From contig CAZSFP010000001.1 of NCBI GenBank assembly GCA_964606285.1, positions 133,376-197,375 on the forward strand: 64,000 nt of DNA, given 5' to 3'. The notes under the pieces are model-generated. The model was not told the DNA's origin. It searched no databases and was given only the letters and a program-made list of their open reading frames with translations. The DNA comes from an uncultured Candidatus Saccharibacteria bacterium (GTDB lineage Bacteria > Patescibacteriota > Minisyncoccia > Phycocordibacterales > UBA9973). A program made the translations under genes and the position numbers. Of this stretch, positions 48,618 through 59,121 are shown piece after piece (position 1 is the stretch's first letter; each line of letters starts with the position of its first letter).

Positions 48618-50309
48618 CTAGCGTATTTCCGTGTATTCAGGGGTATTTATATCCATCCAATAGACAGTTTTCCCCATGGCATAGGCAGCACCGGTCGCAC
48701 TGGCCACATTCGGTGCACTCTCCATGAGAACTGCAAAGGCATAGCGCGGTTTTTCATATGGAAAGAAGCCGATCGCCCATGAGTTGACGAACTGGTTGCG
48801 GGCACCGACCTGTGCGGTACCCGTCTTTGCAGCGACAGAAACTCCGGGGAAATTGAGGTAATGACCCGTTCCTTCGGTCACCACCAGACGCATACCGTCG
48901 TAGACGACTTGGAGGTCCGACGGATCAAGCGGGATCGTTTCGATCACTTCCGGCGTCTGACCGGCGATAATATGCGGTGTGAGTAGCTTGCCATTGTTCG
49001 CAAGTGCGGCGACCGCGCGAACCATCTGGACCGGCGTCACCTGTACGCCATACTGACCGATCGCAGTGTTGTAGCTATCACCAATACGCCAGATGTCGCC
49101 TTTGAAATTTTTTGCTTTCCATGTGGGATTTGGGATCGTGCCATCTTTGTCACCGAGCGAAATATTTGTTTTTTCCCCCATACCAAAAAGTCGGAAATAT
49201 TTTTCCATGCGCGTAATACCCAATCCTTCCTGTCCCTGATATCCCCCACCAATCGTATAGAAATAGACGTTCGATGACACAGCGATCGCTTGTCGCATGT
49301 CGACCCATCCATGTGCTTTGTTGTCTTTGAACACCGTTTTTTGTCCCGGATTGTACGGATTTGGAATCGAGATCGAACCGGAACTAAAAATTTGTTTCGT
49401 TGGACTGATGATATTTTCTGTCAACGCACCGATCGCGAGAAACGGCTTCACAATGGAACCCGGCGTGTAGAGTCCGGAGAGTGCGCGATTGAGAAAAACC
49501 TTGCGCTTGTCTTTGTTGTAGAGATTGATCGTTGCAGTGTCTTCACCTTTCGATAAAATATTTGCGTTGTATTCTGGATAACTTGTCAGCGCGAGTAATT
49601 CTCCTGTTTGCACATCCATAATGAGTCCTGCACCGCCAGTGTAGCCAGATTTCTCGGCAAGTTCAACAATCGAATTGTACAACTGTTCTTGGACGCGGCC
49701 GTCGATCGAGAGATTGAGTGGTGCACCGTCAGTCGGCGGGTTCACGATATTTTTCGATTGAATTTCTCCATGCACATCAGTTTCCAAAACTTGCGCACCA
49801 TTCACACCACTCAAGTCATCATTGTAAAGTTTCTCGACACCACCGCGGCCGACAAATTCTGTCTGCCAAAACCGCCCAGAGGAGTCTTTGTCAGGATAAC
49901 TGACGTAACCCAAGATATGTGAGAACCCGTTCTTTGCGATGTAGGTCCGATCAGGAATATCCCTGTTCTCGACATCTGTATTCCATGCAAGTAACATCTG
50001 ATTTCTGTCGTAGATCATGCCACGATCTGCAAAGAGTGGAATCTTGTCAAAGCTGTTCTGTTCGCTCTTTGTCAGATACCAGTCGCCGCGCGCGATACTG
50101 ACATACCCGACGCGTCCCAGAAACAAAATACCGATGACGAGAACAGCGAGCGAGAAAAATTGGATCGTCTTTTTTGAAATTGGTTTCTCGATGCGACCTT
50201 CGAACTGCTGCACGTCAAAGTCCGGCAAGTTACGTGCATCGAGCAACACCTCGTCGGGATTGATCTCATACAGCGGAATCTTTTTTGAACGGCGGAATCG
50301 TATCATCAT
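48618..50309 (-). CDS. mrdA: Penicillin-binding protein 2 (class B)
   Basis: NRA..G.Y.PGSIVK, SSNVYFY, IGQ, KTGTAQ. Confidence 0.9.
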   Translation of the reverse strand: MMIRFRRSKKIPLYEINPDEVLLDARNLPDFDVQQFEGRIEKPISKKTIQFFSLAVLVIGILFLGRVGYVSIARGDWYLTKSEQNSFDKIPLFADRGMIYDRNQMLLAWNTDVENRDIPDRTYIAKNGFSHILGYVSYPDKDSSGRFWQTEFVGRGGVEKLYNDDLSGVNGAQVLETDVHGEIQSKNIVNPPTDGAPLNLSIDGRVQEQLYNSIVELAEKSGYTGGAGLIMDVQTGELLALTSYPEYNANILSKGEDTATINLYNKDKRKVFLNRALSGLYTPGSIVKPFLAIGALTENIISPTKQIFSSGSISIPNPYNPGQKTVFKDNKAHGWVDMRQAIAVSSNVYFYTIGGGYQGQEGLGITRMEKYFRLFGMGEKTNISLGDKDGTIPNPTWKAKNFKGDIWRIGDSYNTAIGQYGVQVTPVQMVRAVAALANNGKLLTPHIIAGQTPEVIETIPLDPSDLQVVYDGMRLVVTEGTGHYLNFPGVSVAAKTGTAQVGARNQFVNSWAIGFFPYEKPRYAFAVLMESAPNVASATGAAYAMGKTVYWMDINTPEYTEIR

Positions 50310-50316
50310 AAGTTGC

Positions 50317-50583
50317 TTATAGAGTTATACGCTTGAGACGTGGACGAATGAGTTGATAGATGATGAAAATAACAGCCGCGAACAGTGTGACGATGTATTG
50401 AAAATTGAAAAATCGCAACTGAGGAACCCCGAATATCAGATCGATGAGGAGACTAAAGAAAAAGAGTTCAACAAACCATGGAAAAAGCACCGTGCCAGCA
50501 ACGAGCAAAATAGCCGTTATCCAAAACGGTAGAAAAAAAACACTGACAATAAGTATGAGATCAAAGACAACGCGTTTCCACAT
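50317..50583 (-). CDS. Small membrane protein (possibly MreD-like)
   Basis: Highly hydrophobic; directly upstream of mrdA. Confidence 0.6.
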   Translation of the reverse strand: MWKRVVFDLILIVSVFFLPFWITAILLVAGTVLFPWFVELFFFSLLIDLIFGVPQLRFFNFQYIVTLFAAVIFIIYQLIRPRLKRITL

Positions 50584-50645
50584 GGGTCTAGTATACAATA
50601 CAAATAAAAAAAGCAGGAATTACCTGCTTTTTCAGACTATAATAA

Positions 50646-51011
50646 TCAAGTCGTGGCGATTGTTTTTTCACCAATAAGGTGTTTAAGAAGAAATTTTCCT
50701 TTATAATTTACATAAGAGTCTTTTGTAACAAAGGCATCTCCGGAACCTATTTTTTCTACTTTTTCATTACCGTAGAAATCTTTTATTTTTTCTTCTTGGA
50801 TAAATGCATCCCAAATAAATCCTTTATCACATACCAACGCAAGACTTCCATTGGCCATTTTTTCAATAGTTAAAGTTCTTTCTGTGGGAATTAATATTCT
50901 TAGACAATTCCCGTCACCAACCAAAAAATCTTCTGTATTTATAACGATTAAAAATTTTATATGAGAAAACTTTTTTAAAAGTTCATTACCATAAAATGAT
51001 TCTGATCCCAT
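50646..51011 (-). CDS. Hypothetical protein (AT-rich ORFan)
   Basis: 121-aa ORF with TTGACA promoter and terminator. Confidence 0.65.
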   Translation of the reverse strand: MGSESFYGNELLKKFSHIKFLIVINTEDFLVGDGNCLRILIPTERTLTIEKMANGSLALVCDKGFIWDAFIQEEKIKDFYGNEKVEKIGSGDAFVTKDSYVNYKGKFLLKHLIGEKTIATT

Positions 51012-51076
51012 GATTACTATAATTTAATATATTTTTTATTATAGTATCAACATTATTTTAAAGTGTCAAATAGAAT

Positions 51077-51895
51077 TTATTCCTCTTTCTTTTTAAACAA
51101 TCGGAAGATTTTGCGGATGATGACATAGAGAATGATAATTCCAACAACATAGAACACTGCTTTTATTTTGAAAATGAAACCAAAGAGCGTCATGAAAAAT
51201 AATCCGACATACGCGAGGGGTTTTTTGAGTTGTACGTCTTTCATTTCTCCATTGTTCGTAATCGCATCTGCGCCGTTCGTGATGTCTGCATCAAACGCGT
51301 CTTTGATGTTTTGCTTGTATTCTTGGCGCTTGAGTTCGATATCGACTGCTGTTACTGTTCGAAAATCTTCGACACTTGAAAAAATAGTATCAACTTTTTG
51401 TTCGATCGGATCCGGCAAAACACTGGAGATTTTTTCTGTTACTGTATCAAAACCTTTTTGAATCGTTGGAAATGTTTCGGTTTCCCCGTCCGCATTTGTG
51501 GAAAGTTTCTTTGGTACAGTCACACGGAGCGTCGGGACGTCTTTGGGATCAAGCGTCACAGGTGTTTTTTCTTTGTTGTCGAGCGTCGCATTGACCAATG
51601 TAACTGAGAGATCGTGTGCACCTGCGGTCGGTGTCCAACTGATCGAGACGTCTTTTGATGATCCAGCAGGCAATGTCACTGGTTTCTGACCGAGAACAAC
51701 TTTGCCGTCAAAGAAAAATGCCGTGCCAGAGAGTCCGACTGTTTCGCCATTGTAGAGTAGTGCATGCACAGTCACCTTTTGGCCTTCGACCAACGGTTCC
51801 GGAGAAAACCAAATCGGATCTGTCACAAAAGATACAGATGATGCAAATACTGATGACGCAAAGAAAAAGAGAGAAATGAAAAAAGAAGAGATCAT
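51077..51895 (-). CDS. Exported Ig-like (CARDB-like) protein with C-terminal membrane anchor
   Basis: Signal peptide, IWFS..P..EG..V, W.PTAG.H, C-terminal TM helices. Confidence 0.75.
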   Translation of the reverse strand: MISSFFISLFFFASSVFASSVSFVTDPIWFSPEPLVEGQKVTVHALLYNGETVGLSGTAFFFDGKVVLGQKPVTLPAGSSKDVSISWTPTAGAHDLSVTLVNATLDNKEKTPVTLDPKDVPTLRVTVPKKLSTNADGETETFPTIQKGFDTVTEKISSVLPDPIEQKVDTIFSSVEDFRTVTAVDIELKRQEYKQNIKDAFDADITNGADAITNNGEMKDVQLKKPLAYVGLFFMTLFGFIFKIKAVFYVVGIIILYVIIRKIFRLFKKKEE

Positions 51896-51942
51896 GTGAT
51901 CAGTATAGCAAATGATTGGAACAGGACGAGCGAAAACTGTGA

Positions 51943-52668
51943 TTATCTCATCCGAAATGTAGCTTTCACTGTAACCATGATGTCTTTCTCAATCTTTGAC
52001 GTATCATATGATCCATAATCAGACACATCAGTTGAACCATGTGACATGACTTGAACAACACCAGAAGATGCACTCTTGAGTGCGCCGATTTTCGATCCGC
52101 CGGCACTCGCGATCTCACTCGCGCGAGCCTGTGCGTCCTTGATCGCATCTGCGAGCAATGTCACACGTGCTTCGGGAAGCTTGGAATAATAGTATTCAAG
52201 CGATGCGGTCGAATAGAGCAAACCTTTGTCGATGAGCGGACTGATGTTTTTTGCAACAGCAGTGATCTTTGCGACGTCGGATGACTGGATCTCGATCGTC
52301 TGACGGAGTGTGTATTCTTTTTCTGGTTGCTGGTACTGCTGATACACCTCATCCATAAAAACAGGTGTGATGACAATTTGATCTTCAGAAATACCTTGCG
52401 CAACGAGAAATCCTTTGACTTCAGCAAGATCACGAGACAATAATGCGTATCCTGCTTTGAGTGTACTTGCTTTCGCTGGACGACTAAGCGTTGAAACCCA
52501 TTTGACGGTGTCAGCGGTGACTTGCTGTTTTGCTGAACCGGTAACAGAAAGCGTGTTATTCGACAGTGTTACTTTATAGACAACAAACGCACCAATACCA
52601 ACCGCGATGACGATACTTGCACCGAGAATCCAACCGAGAATAACCAATGGAGAAATTGTTTTGTTCAT
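51943..52668 (-). CDS. SIMPL (DUF541) domain protein
   Basis: LSVTGSA...VTAD, A..DA..RA..IA...G..IG.L. Confidence 0.9.
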   Translation of the reverse strand: MNKTISPLVILGWILGASIVIAVGIGAFVVYKVTLSNNTLSVTGSAKQQVTADTVKWVSTLSRPAKASTLKAGYALLSRDLAEVKGFLVAQGISEDQIVITPVFMDEVYQQYQQPEKEYTLRQTIEIQSSDVAKITAVAKNISPLIDKGLLYSTASLEYYYSKLPEARVTLLADAIKDAQARASEIASAGGSKIGALKSASSGVVQVMSHGSTDVSDYGSYDTSKIEKDIMVTVKATFRMR

Positions 52669-52691
52669 AAAAAATATATGAGGAATAATAC

Positions 52692-53339
52692 CTATTGTAC
52701 CACAGGCGGTTTTCGCATGGCAATTTTGTAGACTATATATATACCGATGCAGGCAACGAGAGCAATAAAGACGATGTTTTCATAATGAGAAATTTTTTCC
52801 GCATATATCTGATATGCGACACCGAGCTGCCAACCGAGAAAACCGAGGATGTATGCACGAACAATCGTCCCAAAGAATGTCACGACGAGATACCGGAGGA
52901 ATGATATACGCGATACCGCGCTATACGTACAGACGATGATCGACGGCAACATTGGGATAATGCGGAGAAAAAAGATGAACCAGTATTCGTGTGTATGCTT
53001 TTTGAACACGAGCGATTTTTCCTTGATCGCATCCCACGACACACCGAACCATTTTCCATAACGATCAACAAATGCCTTGCCGCCATGGCGGAATACAAGA
53101 AAGATAACGCTGGCGCCGATTGTCACACCGACCGCTGCCGGAATCGCCACAACAAAAAAGAGTTTGCTGAAATTCGCTGCAGTCAATGCACCACTGACAA
53201 GAAAAAATCCTCCTCCCATCTGGACAAGTGCCGATGGAATGATAGCGACCACTTCTTCGATAACAGATCCGAGTAATACTCCCCAACCGCCGAGCGGCAA
53301 AAGAACGGATTGGATAAAAGTGATGACGTGTTCAATCAT
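52692..53339 (-). CDS. DedA/VTT family membrane protein
   Basis: IEE..A.IPS, FFLRIIP. Start at MIEHV. Confidence 0.88.
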   Translation of the reverse strand: MIEHVITFIQSVLLPLGGWGVLLGSVIEEVVAIIPSALVQMGGGFFLVSGALTAANFSKLFFVVAIPAAVGVTIGASVIFLVFRHGGKAFVDRYGKWFGVSWDAIKEKSLVFKKHTHEYWFIFFLRIIPMLPSIIVCTYSAVSRISFLRYLVVTFFGTIVRAYILGFLGWQLGVAYQIYAEKISHYENIVFIALVACIGIYIVYKIAMRKPPVVQ

Positions 53340-53376
53340 GATGAAAGTATACCAGAAAACATGATAGAATAATCCC

Positions 53377-54273
53377 ATGAATCATTTCTTTCATCGAACG
53401 GGAGTTCAGGTTATCATCGGAATCATCGCACTGGGTGGAATCGGCTATGGCGTCTATCAATATCGCCATACAACTATCCGTCTCACAAATACCGTTCAAA
53501 CACTTGAGCAGACAAAAAATAGTTTTCAAACAACAATCGATGAACTTGTAAATCGTGTTGTCGACCTCGAAACAAAACAAAAAATCATCATTGATTCTCT
53601 TACCAGTACACAGCAAGACGCCGGTTCAATCGCGCTTCGACTGAGTCAGATCGATAGTACGGTCGGCACGCTTTCAAAACTCAGTGAAACTGATCCGGAA
53701 CTTTTGAAAAAATATTCGAAAGTGTATTTTCTCAACGAACACTATGTTCCGCTATCACTAACAAACATCGATCCGATATATTCAAATGAAAAGAGTCGCA
53801 CATATCAGATTCATAGTTCCGTTGCTCCGCACCTCACTGCCCTCCTTGCTGCAGCAAAAGCAGATGGTCTCAATCTCCTCATCGGATCTGCATATCGATC
53901 GTTCGGTACCCAGGCCGCACTCAAAACACAATACAAAGTCACCTATGGTGCCGGCACCGCAAATGCGTTTTCTGCCGATCAGGGATATTCTGAACATCAA
54001 CTCGGCACAACCGTAGACTTTACGACAAGCACTTCTAACGGTGCACTTTCTGGTTTTGAAAACAAGCCTGAGTATCCATGGCTTCAAGCAAACGCACACA
54101 AATACGGATTTGTTCTCTCGTATCCACCGAACAACATATATTACAAATTTGAACCATGGCACTGGCGCTATGTCGGCGTCGCTCTCGCAACAAAACTCCA
54201 CAACGACAACATGTATTTCTACGACATGGACCAGAGAATCATTGATGATTATCTCGCACAGATTTTTGATTAA
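53377..54273 (+). CDS. M15 D,D-carboxypeptidase (VanY/LdcB-like) with coiled-coil stalk
   Basis: SAYRS, SA..GYSEHQLG..VD, EPWHWRY. Confidence 0.92.
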   Translation: MNHFFHRTGVQVIIGIIALGGIGYGVYQYRHTTIRLTNTVQTLEQTKNSFQTTIDELVNRVVDLETKQKIIIDSLTSTQQDAGSIALRLSQIDSTVGTLSKLSETDPELLKKYSKVYFLNEHYVPLSLTNIDPIYSNEKSRTYQIHSSVAPHLTALLAAAKADGLNLLIGSAYRSFGTQAALKTQYKVTYGAGTANAFSADQGYSEHQLGTTVDFTTSTSNGALSGFENKPEYPWLQANAHKYGFVLSYPPNNIYYKFEPWHWRYVGVALATKLHNDNMYFYDMDQRIIDDYLAQIFD

Positions 54274-54319
54274 GAAAACAAAAAAAGCAAACAAGTTGTT
54301 TGCTTTTTTATTTTGAAAA

Positions 54320-55108
54320 TTATTTTTGCTTTAAAGGATCAAGAACACTTACTCGGACTTCGTGGACAGGAAACCCGCCACCTTCACATGCATAGACATT
54401 TTTGGGAATCTTGTCCAGCATGTTCTCAAATTCAGTTCCCTTGCTATCCCATCCATTTCTCACAATACCGTATAGCAACGTTCTATTAAAATTATACCAA
54501 TATGTTTCATATCCACTATCAGCATAAAAATTGATAATCCCATCGACTTTCTTTTTCTGAAGAAGCACATAGAGAAGCTTGGATATATCATGACCGAGTC
54601 GCAGTCTCAAAACAGATGATCCACCAAAGCCTTCGTTTTCCAAAAATTTTATGACCGGATAATCAAATCCATCATTGAGACTACCTGGAAACAACAAAAT
54701 AAAATTTTTTGGATTTTTTGATTCTCCGGGAACCTGATACATATCGAGGAATGGGTATGCCAGTATCACGCTTTCAAAAAAATCACCTTTTGAGAGTGCG
54801 TTTTCGAGTCGTGCAAATGATTGACTTTCCAATTCACGGTACGAAAACTTTTTTTCCAGATGAACAATACCTTGCTTTATTTTATTGAATTCCAATTCAC
54901 ATCTCTTTTTGATTTCCCGTGCGTACAAAATATTTGTCATCATTTCATCAGTAAATCCATATATTGATGCAAATTCTTCAAAGGAAACGGGTACTATTTT
55001 TGATGAAAAAGCGATAGATTCACGGACCTCAAAATTGTCTTTGTGAATAAGTTCATATGCAGCATAATTGTTTAATATATCCGCAATTTTTTCTGTATTA
55101 ATGTGCAT
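54320..55108 (-). CDS. Hypothetical protein (AT-rich ORFan)
   Basis: Long ORF. The predicted -10 overlaps the GTG at 55135, so ATG 55108 is preferred. Confidence 0.7.
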   Translation of the reverse strand: MHINTEKIADILNNYAAYELIHKDNFEVRESIAFSSKIVPVSFEEFASIYGFTDEMMTNILYAREIKKRCELEFNKIKQGIVHLEKKFSYRELESQSFARLENALSKGDFFESVILAYPFLDMYQVPGESKNPKNFILLFPGSLNDGFDYPVIKFLENEGFGGSSVLRLRLGHDISKLLYVLLQKKKVDGIINFYADSGYETYWYNFNRTLLYGIVRNGWDSKGTEFENMLDKIPKNVYACEGGGFPVHEVRVSVLDPLKQK

Positions 55109-55165
55109 GATGTCATGTTTTAACGTTTTCAACACAATATATTATTTTTGACAACATGTCAAAAA

Positions 55166-55369
55166 TCACCCGCGAAAGTACGGGTGATTTTTTATTTGCC
55201 AGATACCATTTCTCAGTTGATTGCGAAACTCTCTTATGGATTCTTTTTGTTTTTGTATTAGATGATGAGCAGTAGAACGAACTACAGGATTTTGTATTAC
55301 GAGGATAATAACGAAAGAAAAAATAAGAACAAGCATCAGACGGTGTTTGAAACTGGCTATTGTTTTCAT
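55166..55369 (-). CDS. Small membrane-anchored protein
   Basis: TM helix and basic tail. Confidence 0.4.
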   Translation of the reverse strand: MKTIASFKHRLMLVLIFSFVIILVIQNPVVRSTAHHLIQKQKESIREFRNQLRNGIWQIKNHPYFRG

Positions 55370-55419
55370 GGGGAAACTTTTTTCTTTATTGTAGCAAATT
55401 TCCAAACTCCAGCAACCAA

Positions 55420-58035
55420 TTATTCTTGTTTCAAAATAGTAGATTTACTGCTTATTCTAAACCAATATTTCACTCCTTCAACCAATACGATATTTATGAT
55501 AAGCCATCCCCCGACAAACAAGAGCCAGACAGCTGGGAAAAGCACGAGATCAAACAAATCACGGAGTGCCGGAATCATCATCGTTGCGATCAACACAGTG
55601 ATTGCGATCAGAATACTTTGATTGAGCTTCTTGTTTGAAAATGCAGGATAAGAAAACAACGGTTTGTGCAAACTACGAAATGAAAAAGATACGACGAGAA
55701 TATATGAAGCAAAACAGACAAAGAAAACAGATCGTGCGATCGAGACTTCTACACCCCAGAGAATCAATGCATAATACATCAGGAACAACAACAATGAACT
55801 GAGGACACCAATACCAAATATCAAAATATTGACCTCTTTTGTAAATATCGATTTGAGGGTTTGCTTTTTCAATGCTTCATGATCAAAGTCCTCGTCATAC
55901 GCGAACGCGAGTGCCGGTAAGCTACCGGTAAAAAGATTGACCCAAATGATCTGAAGTGCAGTGAGCGGCAATGCGATACCGACGATCAAACTTCCCCCAA
56001 CAACAAACACTTCATCGAGAGAATTCGACATGAGGTAGACAAATGTCTTTCGAATATTTGCCAATATTCTACGTCCTTCTTGGATCGCCATGCCGATCGT
56101 ATGGAAATTGTCATCGAGGAGGACGAGGTCTGCGGCACTCTTTGCGACATCACTACCCGAACCGAGTGCAACACCGATATCCATCGCTTTGAGGGATGGG
56201 GCGTCGTTGACACCATCACCGGTCATCGCCACGACATCACCAAGTTTGCGATACAAGAGTCCTATACGCAATTTGTCTTCTGGTGTCACACGGGCAAAGA
56301 TCTTTATGGATGGAATAATAGCAATCAGTCTTTCATCGTTCATTTCCCGCAAATCATGTCCAGTAAGAATCTGATTTTCGGAAATCTGCCATCCCAACTC
56401 ACTCGCCACCGCCATCGCAGTTCCCTTCAAATCACCAGTAACCATGACGATTCGAATACCCAGTGATTCAATCTTTTTTATTGAATCTGGAACTTCGGCG
56501 CGCACGGGATCATGAAATGCCAAAATTCCCATAAATGTGATTTTATGCACGTCATCAATAGTGGCAACAGGAGACTCTGTCGTTGCAAGCGCGATGAGAC
56601 GCTTGCCTTCGGAGCTCGCTTTTGTGATCCATGATTCTATCGCTTGATAGGTTTCAACGGATATATTCGATCGGGCAAGCAAAATGTCTGGTGCCCCCAT
56701 GACTATATACGATGATCCGGATGACGACACAGAGAATTTGTGCGTTGAGTTGAACGGAATAATAATCGATGATGTACTTCCCTTTGCAAAACGAGAAACA
56801 TCGAGACCGTTGTCCCGAGCAGTTTTGACGATATTGACTTCGAACGGTTTACCTTTGAATGTCCACGACGAGATAGCGTCATCGGGATTTTCAACCAGAA
56901 TATCGACATTGCCAAGTGCCATCTCTAAAAGAGTTCTGTCATGTTCAATATATGGTCGTGCCATCGTATCGTCTCCAGCACATGCGTCCACATCATATAC
57001 ACCAACCAATCGCATGTTCGCTTCGGTCAGTGTCCCCGTCTTGTCCGTCATGATGAGACTTGTCGATCCGAGGGTTTCTGCTGCGATAAGTGTTCGAGCA
57101 ATCCCACGCTTTTTTGCAATTCGTTCTGCACCAATAGACAAAATAACCGTTAGTGCGATCGGTAATGCTTCGGGAACAGCACCGACAGAAACCGCAACAG
57201 AAAGGATGAGCATCTCAATGATCGGCTCTCCACGGAAAATACCGAGAACAAAGATACCGATAACTATACAGATAACAATCGCAAAAATAATCCATGCGAG
57301 TCTCGAAAGTCCTTTTTGAATCGGCGTTTTTGCACGATGAGTACCGGAAACCAATCCGGCTATTTTTCCAATTTCAGTCACATCACCTGTTGCGACAACA
57401 ACAGCCGTGGCAAAGCCATCAACCACCAATGTTCCCGCGTGTATCATAGATGTCCGTTCGGCAACCGTTGCAGAGATCGGTACCGCATCAAAAGATTTCT
57501 CTACGGGTACTGATTCGCCAGTCAAAATCGATTCATCGACACGAACATTGTTCACATGCAAAACGCGCACATCAGCAGGAACACGGTTACCATACGAAAG
57601 CTTGACGATATCCCCTGGTATGAGGAGTTCTGAATCTATCTCTTGTTCATGACCATCACGAATAACACGTGAGCGATCTTTGATGAACGTACTCAATTTT
57701 TCCAGTGTATTTTCTGCATGGTACTCGCGATAAAATCCGAGGAATACATTGACCAGAACCGCAATACTGATAACGATCACTTCTGGCCATTCACGAAGTA
57801 CTGCCGTAATGATGATGGCAAGCACGAGAAGAAATATGAGAGGACTGGCAAATTGCTGAAAAAAGATAGACACTACACTTTTCTTTTCACGTGCATGGAA
57901 AACATTGTTGCCGTACGCACCGAGACGATCAGTAACTTCTTGTTCCGACAATCCCTCATGTGATGTTTCAAATGATTTCAAAATATCATCGGCATCAATC
58001 GACCATGCATGTTCAACAGATAAGTGATTTTTCAT
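55420..58035 (-). CDS. Cation-transporting P-type ATPase (P2A-like)
   Basis: LTGES, VPEALP, DKTGTLT, TGD, GDGVNDAP. Confidence 0.97.
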   Translation of the reverse strand: MKNHLSVEHAWSIDADDILKSFETSHEGLSEQEVTDRLGAYGNNVFHAREKKSVVSIFFQQFASPLIFLLVLAIIITAVLREWPEVIVISIAVLVNVFLGFYREYHAENTLEKLSTFIKDRSRVIRDGHEQEIDSELLIPGDIVKLSYGNRVPADVRVLHVNNVRVDESILTGESVPVEKSFDAVPISATVAERTSMIHAGTLVVDGFATAVVVATGDVTEIGKIAGLVSGTHRAKTPIQKGLSRLAWIIFAIVICIVIGIFVLGIFRGEPIIEMLILSVAVSVGAVPEALPIALTVILSIGAERIAKKRGIARTLIAAETLGSTSLIMTDKTGTLTEANMRLVGVYDVDACAGDDTMARPYIEHDRTLLEMALGNVDILVENPDDAISSWTFKGKPFEVNIVKTARDNGLDVSRFAKGSTSSIIIPFNSTHKFSVSSSGSSYIVMGAPDILLARSNISVETYQAIESWITKASSEGKRLIALATTESPVATIDDVHKITFMGILAFHDPVRAEVPDSIKKIESLGIRIVMVTGDLKGTAMAVASELGWQISENQILTGHDLREMNDERLIAIIPSIKIFARVTPEDKLRIGLLYRKLGDVVAMTGDGVNDAPSLKAMDIGVALGSGSDVAKSAADLVLLDDNFHTIGMAIQEGRRILANIRKTFVYLMSNSLDEVFVVGGSLIVGIALPLTALQIIWVNLFTGSLPALAFAYDEDFDHEALKKQTLKSIFTKEVNILIFGIGVLSSLLLFLMYYALILWGVEVSIARSVFFVCFASYILVVSFSFRSLHKPLFSYPAFSNKKLNQSILIAITVLIATMMIPALRDLFDLVLFPAVWLLFVGGWLIINIVLVEGVKYWFRISSKSTILKQE

Positions 58036-58139
58036 GAAAACAGTATATCAGAATTTTTCTGAAATATTTTCATCCAGAGACACATTTGACTTTATTTTAT
58101 AAATATTTTAAAGTATAAAAAAACCATAAATCTACTGCC

Positions 58140-58280
58140 ATGGAAGATCCTTTATATGAAAACGAACCAAGCTTTTTTGACCATTTACTGCTTCAAATTT
58201 TAACAACTATCGGGCTTGGCGTTCTTTATACAATAGACGCCTGCAGATATATAAAAAGAAAACTGACCTTTAAAAAATAA
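58140..58280 (+). CDS. Small hydrophobic peptide 1 (46 aa)
   Basis: MEDPLYENEPSFFDHLLLQILTTIGLGVLYTIDACRYIKRKLTFKK; TTGACT-17-TAAAGT promoter. Confidence 0.5.
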   Translation: MEDPLYENEPSFFDHLLLQILTTIGLGVLYTIDACRYIKRKLTFKK

Positions 58281-58284
58281 GATC

Positions 58285-58416
58285 ATGAGCTACCCTTCTT
58301 CCCATGAACGATGCATCTGGCCACTTGAAAAAATTCTTGATTTTCTATTCATACTATTGATGTGCTGGCTTTGGACAAAAGACCTCTTCATCAAAATTTG
58401 GAAAAAGATTTTTTGA
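58285..58416 (+). CDS. Small hydrophobic peptide 2 (43 aa)
   Basis: MSYPSSHERCIWPLEKILDFLFILLMCWLWTKDLFIKIWKKIF; terminator at ~58438-58465. Confidence 0.45.
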   Translation: MSYPSSHERCIWPLEKILDFLFILLMCWLWTKDLFIKIWKKIF

Positions 58417-58473
58417 ACAGTTTAGGTGTCCGACAGCAAAAATCCCCGCATAACGGGGATTTTTTATTGCACA

Positions 58474-59055
58474 TTATATTTTCCCCACCAAGTCGATTCC
58501 TGGTTCAAGTGTGTCTGCGCCCGGTTCCCAACTCGCCGGACAAACAAGGCCATCATGTTCTGAGACGAATTTTGCCGCACGGAGTTTGCGGAGGAGTTCC
58601 CGTCCGGAACGACCAATACTGTTGTCATTGACCTCCATCGATTTGATTTCCCCTTCCGGACTGATGATGAATGTCCCACGAAGTGCGAGGCCTTCCACTG
58701 GAATATACACACCGAACATTTTTGCGAGATTACCGGTCGGATCTGCCACCATCGGAAAGTTCACGAGTTTGATCGCCTCGGAACTATCATGCCATGCTTT
58801 GTGGACAAATTTCGTATCGGTTGAAACAGAAAGAATTTCTGCTCCTTCTTTTTTGAATTCTTCATAGAGTCCTGCAAGTTCCTGCAATTCTGTCGGACAA
58901 ACAAAAGTAAAATCAGCTGGATAGAAAAAGAGGATCAGCCACTTGCCAGCATAGTCAGCAAGAGAGACGTTTTTGAATTCGTTTTCGTAAAAAATATCGA
59001 ATGAGATATTTTCAACTTTTTTACCGATCATCGGCGGAGTGTAATTTGTTTCCAT
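58474..59055 (-). CDS. ahpC: 2-Cys peroxiredoxin AhpC
   Basis: FYPADFTFVCPTE, VCPA.W. Confidence 0.97.
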   Translation of the reverse strand: METNYTPPMIGKKVENISFDIFYENEFKNVSLADYAGKWLILFFYPADFTFVCPTELQELAGLYEEFKKEGAEILSVSTDTKFVHKAWHDSSEAIKLVNFPMVADPTGNLAKMFGVYIPVEGLALRGTFIISPEGEIKSMEVNDNSIGRSGRELLRKLRAAKFVSEHDGLVCPASWEPGADTLEPGIDLVGKI

Positions 59056-59121
59056 AGTTTTTTAAAATTGATTGTTAAATGTATGCATCATGATAGCTCG
59101 TACCAGAATCTTTCGCAAGAA

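Noticed and set aside
5263-58867. Many antisense ORFs overlapping housekeeping genes
   Set aside because: Shadow frames of well-supported genes on the opposite strand.
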